Origin: an uncultured bacterium
Lineage (GTDB): Bacteria > Zixibacteria > MSB-5A5 > JAABVY01 > JAHJOQ01
Assembly: GCA_965369655.1 (NCBI GenBank)
Contig: CBDUQR010000017.1
Span: forward strand, 1-53,614
Length of the DNA stretch: 53,614 bases
Direction: 5' to 3'
In this document: positions 45,621-53,614 of the stretch, one piece after another
How positions within the stretch are numbered: the first letter of the stretch is position 1
Layout: the number at the start of each line of letters is the position of its first letter
Made by a program: the position numbers and the translations under genes
The notes under the pieces: model-generated
Told to the model about the DNA's origin: nothing
Seen by the model: only the letters and a program-made list of their open reading frames with translations
The model's database searches: none

Positions 45621-48182
45621 ATGTTACCGAGAATAGCGACATTGGTAGCGATACTTGTCTTTGCAATCGCGGCTAAGTCAAGTTCCGATTCCGGATCACC
45701 GCATGACCCGTTGTTACAGAAGTTTACAGCCACGTCGCCATACTTCGAGGTCTGCACTCACAAGTACAACAACCTGCTGCTGTCGATCTCGAACTTTGGA
45801 CTGTTTGGCGCGCAGAGGGGCGCATGGCAGGATTGCGAGACTGGTCGCCCGGCGCCGTCCGCAGAGTTTCCGCCCGGCTCAGGGTTTGAGTATCTATATG
45901 TGGCAGCGCTTTGGATCGGTGGGATAGTCGACGACGATACGCTTGTCTCGGTGGCATACGACGGCTGGGGATATGCGCAACGCGAGATGCTCCCCTGCAA
46001 TAGCGCTGCTCTCTGTTCGATGGAGAGAAGATCGAACAGACCGGGGGACCCGTTTTACCACGAAGACGCACGCGCTGACCTGGAATTCCACGCAATCTTC
46101 TCGGACACCGTCATCAACCCGTCGTACAACGGCGTCGATTGGGACGGCAGGACTCATGTACCGCTCGGCCTTGAGATAATGCAGACCAGTTACTGTTGGA
46201 GCGTCAGCTACGCAAGTGATTTCATTCTTATCGACTATGCTATCCGCAATGTCGGGAATTCGCCCATCGAGGAAGTCTATGTCGGGCTGTATGTCGATGG
46301 CGACGTCGAGCATGTCTCAAACGATTCAGAGGGACATAAAGACGACATATGCGGATTCCGACAGACCATGCCTTCTCGACTGGTCTACGACTATCTCGAC
46401 ACGATAAACCTTGCCTGGATAGCCGACAATGACGGCGATCCCGATCCTCTCACCGGTGAGTTCGACAATTACAGCAGCCCGACCTCTATCACCGGAGTGC
46501 GCGTACTCAGAGCGCCGTCGCAATACGCCAAGATATCCTTCAACTGGTGGAATTCCAACACCAATGCCGAACTCGACTGGGGGCCTATGCGCGAGGCGAC
46601 CTACAGATCGTTCGGCACAGGCGGGCTCGGAACGCCGGAAGGTGATCGGAACAAGTACTACATTCTCTCGAACGGCGACCATGACTACGACCAGATATTT
46701 GCCGCCGTGGATATGTCTGACCAAGGATGGCTACCGCCATCGCCATCGCTTGGAATGGTCGCTGCACAGGGTCAGGATACACGTTTCGTCTTGTCGTCAG
46801 GTCCGTATACCATCAATCCCGGCGATACTCTGTTTTTCACGATCGGCTATATCGCCGGAGAGAACCTCCATAGATATGCAGGCAATTTCGAGCACAACAT
46901 GTCGATGGCCTACGACCCGTCGGCTTTCTACGACGACCTCGATTTCAGGGACATCGGTGAGAATTCAGTCTGGGCTTACTGGGTGTACGACAATCCCGGA
47001 TATGACACCGACGGCGACGGTTACCGGGGACAGGTGATAGCTTCCGAGGACAGCGCGACAGGTGAGATCGACTCTGTATTCATCTCTGGTGACACAATAC
47101 CCGACTTCCGAGCGGCAGCTCCTCCTCCACCTCCCGTTCTCAGATTCAGTTCAGAGATCGAGAAGGTCAAACTCAGGTGGAACGGATTCGACTCTGAAAC
47201 ATTCGTAGATCCATTTCTTTCAGTGGTCGATTTCGAAGGTTATATCGTCTACTACGGCAGGGACTCAGTCGACCATCTGTTGTCGCGCATTGTCACGCAC
47301 GATTTCATCGACTATATCCCACAGGTATGGGATGATGAGAGACAGTCACATGTACCTGTCGATCTGCCCCTCAGAATCGGTCGGCTCAGGGAGTTGTATG
47401 GGTACGATTTCGATCCGGAGTTGTATATTTGCGGCGAGGGTAATCTACTCGATTACAAGGGTACTGATGTCTGCCTCAAGCCGGCTGACTGGAATCAGTC
47501 GATTCCGAGCTGGGATGATCCGAGCCTGATCGATGGTCATGTCGGCTTCAGGAAGACCTACGCCGACGAAATCGCCGCAGGTCTGGTAACCTCCGACGTC
47601 GATTCGACAAATCCCGGTCTCTGGATCAGAGATATCGACCCGCGAACAGGCGACTTAGTCCTCTTTCACAAGTACTATGAATACGAGTTCGAGATGGATG
47701 GACTGCTCGAATCCGTGCCCTGGTATTTCTCGGTCACGGCATTCGATTTCGGAGATTTCGAACACGGGCTTCCGCCGCAGGAAAGCTTCAGGCTGGCGAA
47801 TTCCGTCGAGGTCTGGCCGATCAACGATGCTTCAGAAGTGCTCAGGAAAAACCTCAAGGTTCAGGTCTATCCGAATCCGTACATCGCGGACGGGAGATAC
47901 GTGACAGAGGGATACGAAGACAGAAAGAGAACCGGCTACTTCGATCATGAGAGACGGATTCACTTTGTCAATCTTCCGCCATATTGCACGATCAAGATTT
48001 ACACTCTCGACGGCGACTTCGTGCGCGAGCTTCCGCACCCAGGCAGACACAGCGATACAGACTCAAAGCTGGAGTGGAACATGAGGTCGCGCAATAACGA
48101 ACTCGTGGCCAGCGGAATCTACATCTTTGCAGTCGAATCTGACTGGGGCAACCAGATAGGAAAGCTGGTCATCATCAGATAA
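45621..48182 (+). CDS. Large secreted protein with FN3-like region and C-terminal secretion/sorting (T9SS-A/FlgD-like) domain
   Basis: Signal peptide; EFPPGSGFEYLY..ALWIGG; DFEGYIVY; VQVYPNPY...IHFVNLP..CTIKIYTLDG...VASGIYIF. Confidence 0.8.
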   Translation: MLPRIATLVAILVFAIAAKSSSDSGSPHDPLLQKFTATSPYFEVCTHKYNNLLLSISNFGLFGAQRGAWQDCETGRPAPSAEFPPGSGFEYLYVAALWIGGIVDDDTLVSVAYDGWGYAQREMLPCNSAALCSMERRSNRPGDPFYHEDARADLEFHAIFSDTVINPSYNGVDWDGRTHVPLGLEIMQTSYCWSVSYASDFILIDYAIRNVGNSPIEEVYVGLYVDGDVEHVSNDSEGHKDDICGFRQTMPSRLVYDYLDTINLAWIADNDGDPDPLTGEFDNYSSPTSITGVRVLRAPSQYAKISFNWWNSNTNAELDWGPMREATYRSFGTGGLGTPEGDRNKYYILSNGDHDYDQIFAAVDMSDQGWLPPSPSLGMVAAQGQDTRFVLSSGPYTINPGDTLFFTIGYIAGENLHRYAGNFEHNMSMAYDPSAFYDDLDFRDIGENSVWAYWVYDNPGYDTDGDGYRGQVIASEDSATGEIDSVFISGDTIPDFRAAAPPPPPVLRFSSEIEKVKLRWNGFDSETFVDPFLSVVDFEGYIVYYGRDSVDHLLSRIVTHDFIDYIPQVWDDERQSHVPVDLPLRIGRLRELYGYDFDPELYICGEGNLLDYKGTDVCLKPADWNQSIPSWDDPSLIDGHVGFRKTYADEIAAGLVTSDVDSTNPGLWIRDIDPRTGDLVLFHKYYEYEFEMDGLLESVPWYFSVTAFDFGDFEHGLPPQESFRLANSVEVWPINDASEVLRKNLKVQVYPNPYIADGRYVTEGYEDRKRTGYFDHERRIHFVNLPPYCTIKIYTLDGDFVRELPHPGRHSDTDSKLEWNMRSRNNELVASGIYIFAVESDWGNQIGKLVIIR

Positions 48183-48200
48183 ACCAGCTTATATTGTCCC

Positions 48201-48554
48201 TCAGTTGCTCGATGAATCCTTGTCCCTGCCATTGGTGATCTTCGGCGCAATCGCGTAATAGACAATCAGCGCCAGACCGGCCAGGATGAACATCGACGCC
48301 ACCGTTGCTTCGTCCGACCAGTGGTACGGCACGAGCCGCCCGATGATGACGGCAATACCGATGCCGAGAAGCACCATCCCCCACTTGAGCGATCCACTCG
48401 CAGGACTCGAGTACTTGAATAAATGCTTGACGTTTTCGTCCACGAGTCCCTTCTCGATCAGCTTCTTCTTCATGCTGTAGTCCATAATCAGCTTAAACAC
48501 GAAACCGATCGTGAAGAACACGATTCCCATCTGAATAGTGTCCGTGTAGTTCAT
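48201..48554 (-). CDS. Small membrane protein (DUF6249-like), divergent from the ECF sigma
   Basis: AAGGAG RBS; three TM helices; KKLIEKGL, SLKWGMVLLGIG. Confidence 0.8.
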   Translation of the reverse strand: MNYTDTIQMGIVFFTIGFVFKLIMDYSMKKKLIEKGLVDENVKHLFKYSSPASGSLKWGMVLLGIGIAVIIGRLVPYHWSDEATVASMFILAGLALIVYYAIAPKITNGRDKDSSSN

Positions 48555-48590
48555 TTGATTCTCCTTTTATTCGTTCTCCTGCAATCATTC

Positions 48591-48616
48591 GACCGGACAG
48601 GATCGAAAATGTTGCA
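48591..48616 (-). promoter_or_regulatory. Putative ECF sigma promoter
   Basis: TGCAAC-N17-GTC. Confidence 0.55.
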
Positions 48617-48802
48617 GCTGAGTCGGAGAATCAATTTTCCGTGCCAGCAGGAGCTGTGCTCCTGCGCATATCGTCGGGGCACAGCCCCGACGAGCACTGA
48701 ATGGAAGGGAAGGAGATTCGTTGTCGAGTGGGAACGAAGATAGATTCCGGCATGTCCTGAGCAGAGCGAAGGGTTTTCACCGGAATGACATAGTTATTTT
48801 GC

Positions 48803-48829
48803 TGCAACATTCCTGCGCCGAATCCTGTC
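48803..48829 (+). promoter_or_regulatory. Putative ECF autoregulatory promoter
   Basis: TGCAAC-N18-GTC ending 8 nt before ATG 48838. Confidence 0.5.
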
Positions 48830-48837
48830 ATATAGAT

Positions 48838-49431
48838 ATGAGCGCACGTCATGAAGAATCAGTCGATCTGATCGACAAAGTGCTCTCGGGAAATGCCGGC
48901 GCTTTCAAACAGCTCATAGAGCAGTACCGGAGGCTTGTAGCTCATATCGTGTTCAGAATGGTGTCGAACAAATCGGACAGAGAGGACCTTGCACAGGATG
49001 TGTTCCTGAAGGTGTATCAGAATCTGCGGCATTTCAGGCGCGAGTCGAAACTCTCGACATGGATCGCCCGGATAGCATTCAACACGTGCAGCAATTATCT
49101 CGATAAGAAACAGGTTCCGCTCTTCGAGGACATCGCCCCGAACGATATGACTGTCGATTCGGTTGCGTCCGGCGATGCGCTCCCCGACCGGAATGCCGAA
49201 CTGACCGACATCTCGGAGAGACTCAGATCGGAGATAGACATGTTACCCGTTCATTACAGGACGATTGTCACACTGTACCATCTCGAAGAGATGAGCTACC
49301 GGGAGATCGGTGATGTCATGAACTTGCCAGAGGGCACTGTCAAGAGTCATCTTTTCAGAGGACGGAGACTCCTGAAGGATCGGCTTATGGCGAAATACCA
49401 GCCGGAGGACCTATGGACGACAGGCACCTGA
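48838..49431 (+). CDS. ECF RNA polymerase sigma factor
   Basis: EDLAQDVFLKVY, STWIARIAFN, MSYREIG..MNLPEGTVKSHLFRGR. Confidence 0.93.
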   Translation: MSARHEESVDLIDKVLSGNAGAFKQLIEQYRRLVAHIVFRMVSNKSDREDLAQDVFLKVYQNLRHFRRESKLSTWIARIAFNTCSNYLDKKQVPLFEDIAPNDMTVDSVASGDALPDRNAELTDISERLRSEIDMLPVHYRTIVTLYHLEEMSYREIGDVMNLPEGTVKSHLFRGRRLLKDRLMAKYQPEDLWTTGT

Positions 49432-49925
49432 CAGACGATGAGATACAGGTATATCTGGATACTCGGTCACCTGAGTTTGCTGATCGGGTCGAAAAGCACG
49501 CCGCATCGTGCGACAGATGCGGATCAATGTTGCAACATTATGTGAATCTTTATTCAGGTTTGAGCGATGATTCCGACTTTGATTTGCCGATCGATTTCAC
49601 GAAGAATGTCATCGAGGCAGCCGGTCTGACAGAGCACGACTCGTTTCTGAACAGATTCAGCAGCCAGATACTCGCGGCGACAGGCTTAGCTGTTGCCGCT
49701 GTGGCTTTCGTCATACTCTCTGACGTTTCACTTCTCCTAAGATTCATATCGAACACAGGAATGTTGCTCGAAAGCGTATTAGCGAAACCGTTCGAGGGCA
49801 ATCTCGGAGCTGCTTCTGGAACCATCGGGCTGATTCTGCCGGGTATCTTTGCGGTGCTGGCTATGTGGCTTCTGGACCGACACGTCTTTCATGCGAAAAA
49901 GAAACCTTCATCGCTGATGATCTGA
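49413..49925 (+). CDS. Zinc-finger (ZAS) anti-sigma factor, membrane-anchored
   Basis: HLTD..., HAASCDRC (HxxxCxxC); two TM helices; overlaps the sigma gene end. Confidence 0.85.
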   Translation: MDDRHLTDDEIQVYLDTRSPEFADRVEKHAASCDRCGSMLQHYVNLYSGLSDDSDFDLPIDFTKNVIEAAGLTEHDSFLNRFSSQILAATGLAVAAVAFVILSDVSLLLRFISNTGMLLESVLAKPFEGNLGAASGTIGLILPGIFAVLAMWLLDRHVFHAKKKPSSLMI

Positions 49926-49982
49926 CGAAGCGCGCTCTGAGTATACGGAGTCTTCGAAATGACACCCACGAGGAAGTGGGGA

Positions 49983-52160
49983 TCAACGCAACTCGGCACG
50001 CAATCGCTTTACAAGCTTCTGAAGTCTTTCCTCTTTCACCAGTCTTGGAGCAGCGATCTCGAGATAGACAAGCGCGGAGTCTCTATACGCTGGCTCTCTC
50101 AACTCAACAGCCGCATTCAGACAATTCATGCCATACAGATACGCCGCATAGCCATCGAGTGGTCCAATATCGAGAGCGCGTCTGAAATGCTCGAACGCAG
50201 CAGGATATTCCTTTGCTCTCGAATAGACGTCCGCCAGTGTCATCTCCGCTGAGTAGCTGCGATTTCCCTTCTCGACATAACGAGCCAGCAGAGCAATCGC
50301 GGAATCTGAGGCGTTTCGAGAGAACATGACCATCGCGTCTTCGAATTCCGACGGCCTGTAGGTTTTCGCGTTCGCATTAGGGCTCATCTCGGAGATGCGG
50401 TAAAGCTTGACCGGCAACCCGCGAATCATGTATGTCGAGACCAGTTGCGCCCCGGCCATCAGGCTCACATAGTCCTGCTGGGCACGTTTCTCGTTGCCCG
50501 GATCAAGAGCGATATGAGTAATCGGAAACTTCCTGAAAAAATCCTTGTCAGGAACCTTCACTCCGAACTGGTGATGAATACATCCGAGTTTGTTCTCCTG
50601 AGTCAGCGCGGAGCCGTACGAGCCGGAGACAACCGCGCCATCGGAGAGTATCTCGCCGATGTCCCGATCCGCAGTGATGAGAGTGTACTCGCGCGCACCG
50701 ACCCACGATACATATGCGAAAAGGTGATACACAATGTATGCGACCAACACGACAACTGTGAAAATCTGGAAAATGCCACGGGTTAAAATCCCTTTCCAGA
50801 ATCGAAGCCGCGACAGCCACGCCGCAACGAATCCGATCACGAGAATGAGCACTGTGACGAGATAGATGTCCTGAAACACCGATTGCTCGAAAGCTTTGCT
50901 GCCGAACGCGAGCGCTGCTGAACTAAGCACAGGGAGGAGCCAGATTCCACTCGCGACTGCAAACGGCACGACCGACTGTTGCTTCCCGCCTTTTTTCTTA
51001 CCGGATTTCTTTGCCTTCTCAAATGCGATCGCAAGCAGGAACCCGCCTAAAGCCATCATTGGAATCATTAGCGTGGTCTGGTACCTGAGAGGACGATAAT
51101 TGAACGGAAAGAGAGCAACATACGCAAAGACAAGCCACACGAGGACAATCGCCATTCCGAGAACGGTCGGATCGACAGACTGCTTTGCCGCGCGTCTGCC
51201 GAACAGCCTCCCGAGAGCTACGACTCCTCCAATTGCCGCCAGGGATGTCACAATCGGCAGCTTGTCGATGAAATTACGCTCCCAGAGGAGATTCTGGAGT
51301 TGCCAGAAGAAGTAATGCAACTCCTGGAATGCGCGAGGAGTACCATACAGCCCTTTCCCCTGCTCGGCATAGTAGTGCGATACTTCGGCGGCGGATGGCA
51401 GATATGTGTATAGCAGCCAGAACACGCCCACTGCAACATAGGCGCCGTAGAATCCAAGAACGCTGCGCAAGACGGCTTTCCGATCCGATTCACTCTTGAA
51501 GTAGATGTAAGCCCAGACCGCGAGATAGAGACCGCCAGCATACAGCGCGACAATCTTCCCGAAGAAAGCTGCGGCGGCCGTGGCACAACCTGAGAGAATA
51601 TACCAGAACTGTCGGTCGCGCGCCTTCGAGAAAAAGTAGAACGACAGCGACAGCCAGAGATTCTGGGATGCTTCGAGAAACGGGATTCGGGCAAACATGA
51701 TAAGCGTGAAGTTGAGGCATGCGAGCAGAGCGAAAATAATCCCGCCGAGTCGCGAGCCGAAATTCCTGATCGCAAGTGCAACAAACAGTATCGCGAGCAG
51801 ATTCAGAATCACTGAGGTGAGATTGCCCTGTGCGCGGCCGGTACCGAGGATGCTGTAGACAATGTACGCAGCGACTGTCTGAGTCGATTTCTGATATACA
51901 ATCCATCGTGAATCATTGAACGGATTCGAGTCGCCGAAATCGACCATGTTCTCCGCAAAGTAGGTATAGGCAAACGGATCGGTAGACGCGTCCTGAGACC
52001 TTGTCAGTCTTTTCGGCGGGTCGGCTGTCAGATACGCTGTTCGGAGGATGATCCCGACGAGAAGCAATATACCGAGCACGAGGTAGAACTTCCACTCCCT
52101 CGGGATCGGGATCCGCGACCGACCGGTCGCCAGCTTCTGTACAGTCTTGGAGATTCTCAC
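49983..52160 (-). CDS. GT39/ArnT-like (GT-C) membrane glycosyltransferase with C-terminal TPR
   Basis: More than 10 TM helices; STDP..Y loop, FARIPFLE, RPLRY; C-terminal TPR; start uncertain (GTG 52160, TTG 52166 or ATG 52259). Confidence 0.8.
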   Translation of the reverse strand: MRISKTVQKLATGRSRIPIPREWKFYLVLGILLLVGIILRTAYLTADPPKRLTRSQDASTDPFAYTYFAENMVDFGDSNPFNDSRWIVYQKSTQTVAAYIVYSILGTGRAQGNLTSVILNLLAILFVALAIRNFGSRLGGIIFALLACLNFTLIMFARIPFLEASQNLWLSLSFYFFSKARDRQFWYILSGCATAAAAFFGKIVALYAGGLYLAVWAYIYFKSESDRKAVLRSVLGFYGAYVAVGVFWLLYTYLPSAAEVSHYYAEQGKGLYGTPRAFQELHYFFWQLQNLLWERNFIDKLPIVTSLAAIGGVVALGRLFGRRAAKQSVDPTVLGMAIVLVWLVFAYVALFPFNYRPLRYQTTLMIPMMALGGFLLAIAFEKAKKSGKKKGGKQQSVVPFAVASGIWLLPVLSSAALAFGSKAFEQSVFQDIYLVTVLILVIGFVAAWLSRLRFWKGILTRGIFQIFTVVVLVAYIVYHLFAYVSWVGAREYTLITADRDIGEILSDGAVVSGSYGSALTQENKLGCIHHQFGVKVPDKDFFRKFPITHIALDPGNEKRAQQDYVSLMAGAQLVSTYMIRGLPVKLYRISEMSPNANAKTYRPSEFEDAMVMFSRNASDSAIALLARYVEKGNRSYSAEMTLADVYSRAKEYPAAFEHFRRALDIGPLDGYAAYLYGMNCLNAAVELREPAYRDSALVYLEIAAPRLVKEERLQKLVKRLRAELR
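52096..52122 (-). repeat. 27-nt micro-insertion inside the glycosyltransferase ORF
   Basis: TCGGTCGCGGATCCCGATCCCGAGGGA, 26/27 identical to 22802-22828. Confidence 0.8.
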
Positions 52161-52314
52161 AGGCAATGTTCCCTGATCGTGTTGAATCGATTGACCCGAT
52201 GGTTCGCATAATATAATAATGATGTGGCTGGCGCTACTGCTTTTGATAAGAATCTGCACGCATCGCCATCGGGCTTGTTGATAAACACCTCGTCAGGCAA
52301 TGCTTGGCGACGTT

Positions 52315-52500
52315 GTTATCGCGAGGAGTCCTCCACAGGCGGACGACGTGGCGATCTCACTCGTACCCCTGCGAACACATCGCGCACGTCACCCCTCCCT
52401 CGGGGATCCCCTCGAAGATCGGGGTCAATGACGGGATCGGCGACCGACGGATCGGGGTCCAGGAGGACGGGATCGGCGACCGACGGTCGCTCGCAATGAC
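52315..52500 (-). repeat. GTCATTGCGAG-type REP with multiple nested micro-insertions
   Basis: Two TCGGTCGCCGATCCCG starts plus TCATTGACCCCGATCTTCGAGGGG, the latter identical to the insert at ~32210-32233. Confidence 0.7.
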
Positions 52501-52512
52501 GGCGAGATATAA

Positions 52513-52711
52513 GAGGTTGTCCCAAAAGGTCTGATAGGTTGGTGGTCATGCTTGCGAAAGAAAGCGAGGTCATTCCCGCGCAGGCGGGAATCTATTGAAT
52601 ACGTTATCATTCAATAGGCTCCCGTGGTATCCTGAGCAAAGCGAAGGGCCTCCGCGGGAGCGACAGAGTCAGCTTCCCGCTTGAGTCAATCAGCACTTTT
52701 GGGACAGCCTC
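52513..52711 (-). mobile_element. MITE subfamily B (199 bp) with ATAA target-site duplication
   Basis: ATAA-GAGGTTGTCCCAAAAG...CTTTTGGGACAGCCTC-ATAA. Confidence 0.85.
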
Positions 52712-52772
52712 ATAACGGTCGCCTGGAATCCTATATTTATTGCCCTTTACAACAAGCCCAGGAACAGAATAA

Positions 52773-53614
52773 CTATTTGATCGATTCGATTCTCACTCCG
52801 GTCGGTTGCGAAAACCGACGCGTAGCCGCCGCAGTCATAATGAATATAACGACGTCCGCATCGGTAATCGTCTCGCCCTTCCTCAGCCAGACATGAGAAT
52901 TGTCCCAGTAATCATCGCCATCCCAATCCCACCAGCCGATAGGTTCACCTGCGCCTACCTCAATCGTGTCGTTCTCGTTCAAGTCGTCCCAGCCTGTGAT
53001 GATCGCATGGACACTATCGAGATCGTCCATGTTATACTGGATTGCGATTTCTCCCGTTGCCGGGTCACCCAACCAGCCGAGACCATCGACGATCACGATT
53101 ATTTCCGTGTGAGAGCTATCAAGAAACACAACCGGCTTGACCAAATCCAGACCGTCGTCTCGCCTGATCGTACCATGCACGCGGGCAACCGTCGGAGGCG
53201 TCGGACTTAGCCCGAAAGTCGCGTTAATCTCCATGTCATCATCCATCGTGACCGTCACGACGCTGTCTGAGCTGATAAAATCACCTGACCAGCCATCAAA
53301 CAGCCAGAACACGCCGGGAATCGGAGTCAATTCGACTTGCTCGCCACCTGAGTACAAACTCTTGTCCGGATTCTTGATAACGCGACCAAAGCCCTCAATG
53401 TCGATATCGAGGCTGAACTCCTGCTGGAGAACAACACTCACATTTGTCATGGCATTAGCGGTCACGGTAACAGTGGAATCCCACTCGAGGTAGTCATCCA
53501 GCACAAGTAGTACGGTATAATCGCCAGGATCAAGATTGCTGAGAGTGTCATTCGTAACATTGCCGGTGCTGTCGCCATCAAGATAGATCAGCGCGCCGGT
53601 CGGCGTTGAAATTA
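52773..53614 (-). CDS. PEGA-domain + InlB B-repeat-like surface protein, 5' end outside the window
   Basis: Frame open to the edge: ISTPTGALIYLDG...LDPGDYTVLL (PEGA); VELTPIPGVFWLFDGWSGD...VTMDDDMEINATF. Confidence 0.8.
   Translation of the reverse strand, partial: ISTPTGALIYLDGDSTGNVTNDTLSNLDPGDYTVLLVLDDYLEWDSTVTVTANAMTNVSVVLQQEFSLDIDIEGFGRVIKNPDKSLYSGGEQVELTPIPGVFWLFDGWSGDFISSDSVVTVTMDDDMEINATFGLSPTPPTVARVHGTIRRDDGLDLVKPVVFLDSSHTEIIVIVDGLGWLGDPATGEIAIQYNMDDLDSVHAIITGWDDLNENDTIEVGAGEPIGWWDWDGDDYWDNSHVWLRKGETITDADVVIFIMTAAATRRFSQPTGVRIESIK

Overview
Bacterial chromosomal window, roughly 53-55% GC by eye. Repeated C-terminal dockerin motifs (GDxxxxGxxDIDDVVYLIxYIFGGGPxP), cohesin-like lipoproteins, a PEP-CTERM protein and sigma54 promoters point to a diderm, probably Candidatus Zixibacteriota (inference). 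Housekeeping content: SpoIIE-type phosphatase (partial), NTPase, hisS + tRNA-His, apgM, selA/selB/selC, tRNA-Ala, M1 and M29 aminopeptidases, TldD-family protease, DMT transporter, ECF sigma/anti-sigma, GT39-like glycosyltransferase, TonB receptor and many secreted proteins. Most notable observations: (1) a compact locus of secreted small protein -> receiver-less TPR sigma54 activator -> tandem enhancer-like repeats -> near-consensus sigma54 promoter -> structured RNA/small ORF, which resembles a peptide-signalling circuit; (2) a tRNA-His lacking G-1/C73 (G1:U72, A73) directly upstream of a Caulobacter-type HisRS; (3) nested 23-27-nt micro-insertions inside REPs, MITEs and one protein-coding gene, with filled and empty sites both visible in the window; (4) a second, synonymously diverged copy of the PEP-CTERM gene 3' end bracketing a 5.5-kb cassette; (5) a decayed dsrC fragment and a very divergent flagellin-like gene. 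No CRISPR array, rRNA, integrase or transposase gene was seen. All family calls are from motif recognition by eye, not from database searches.
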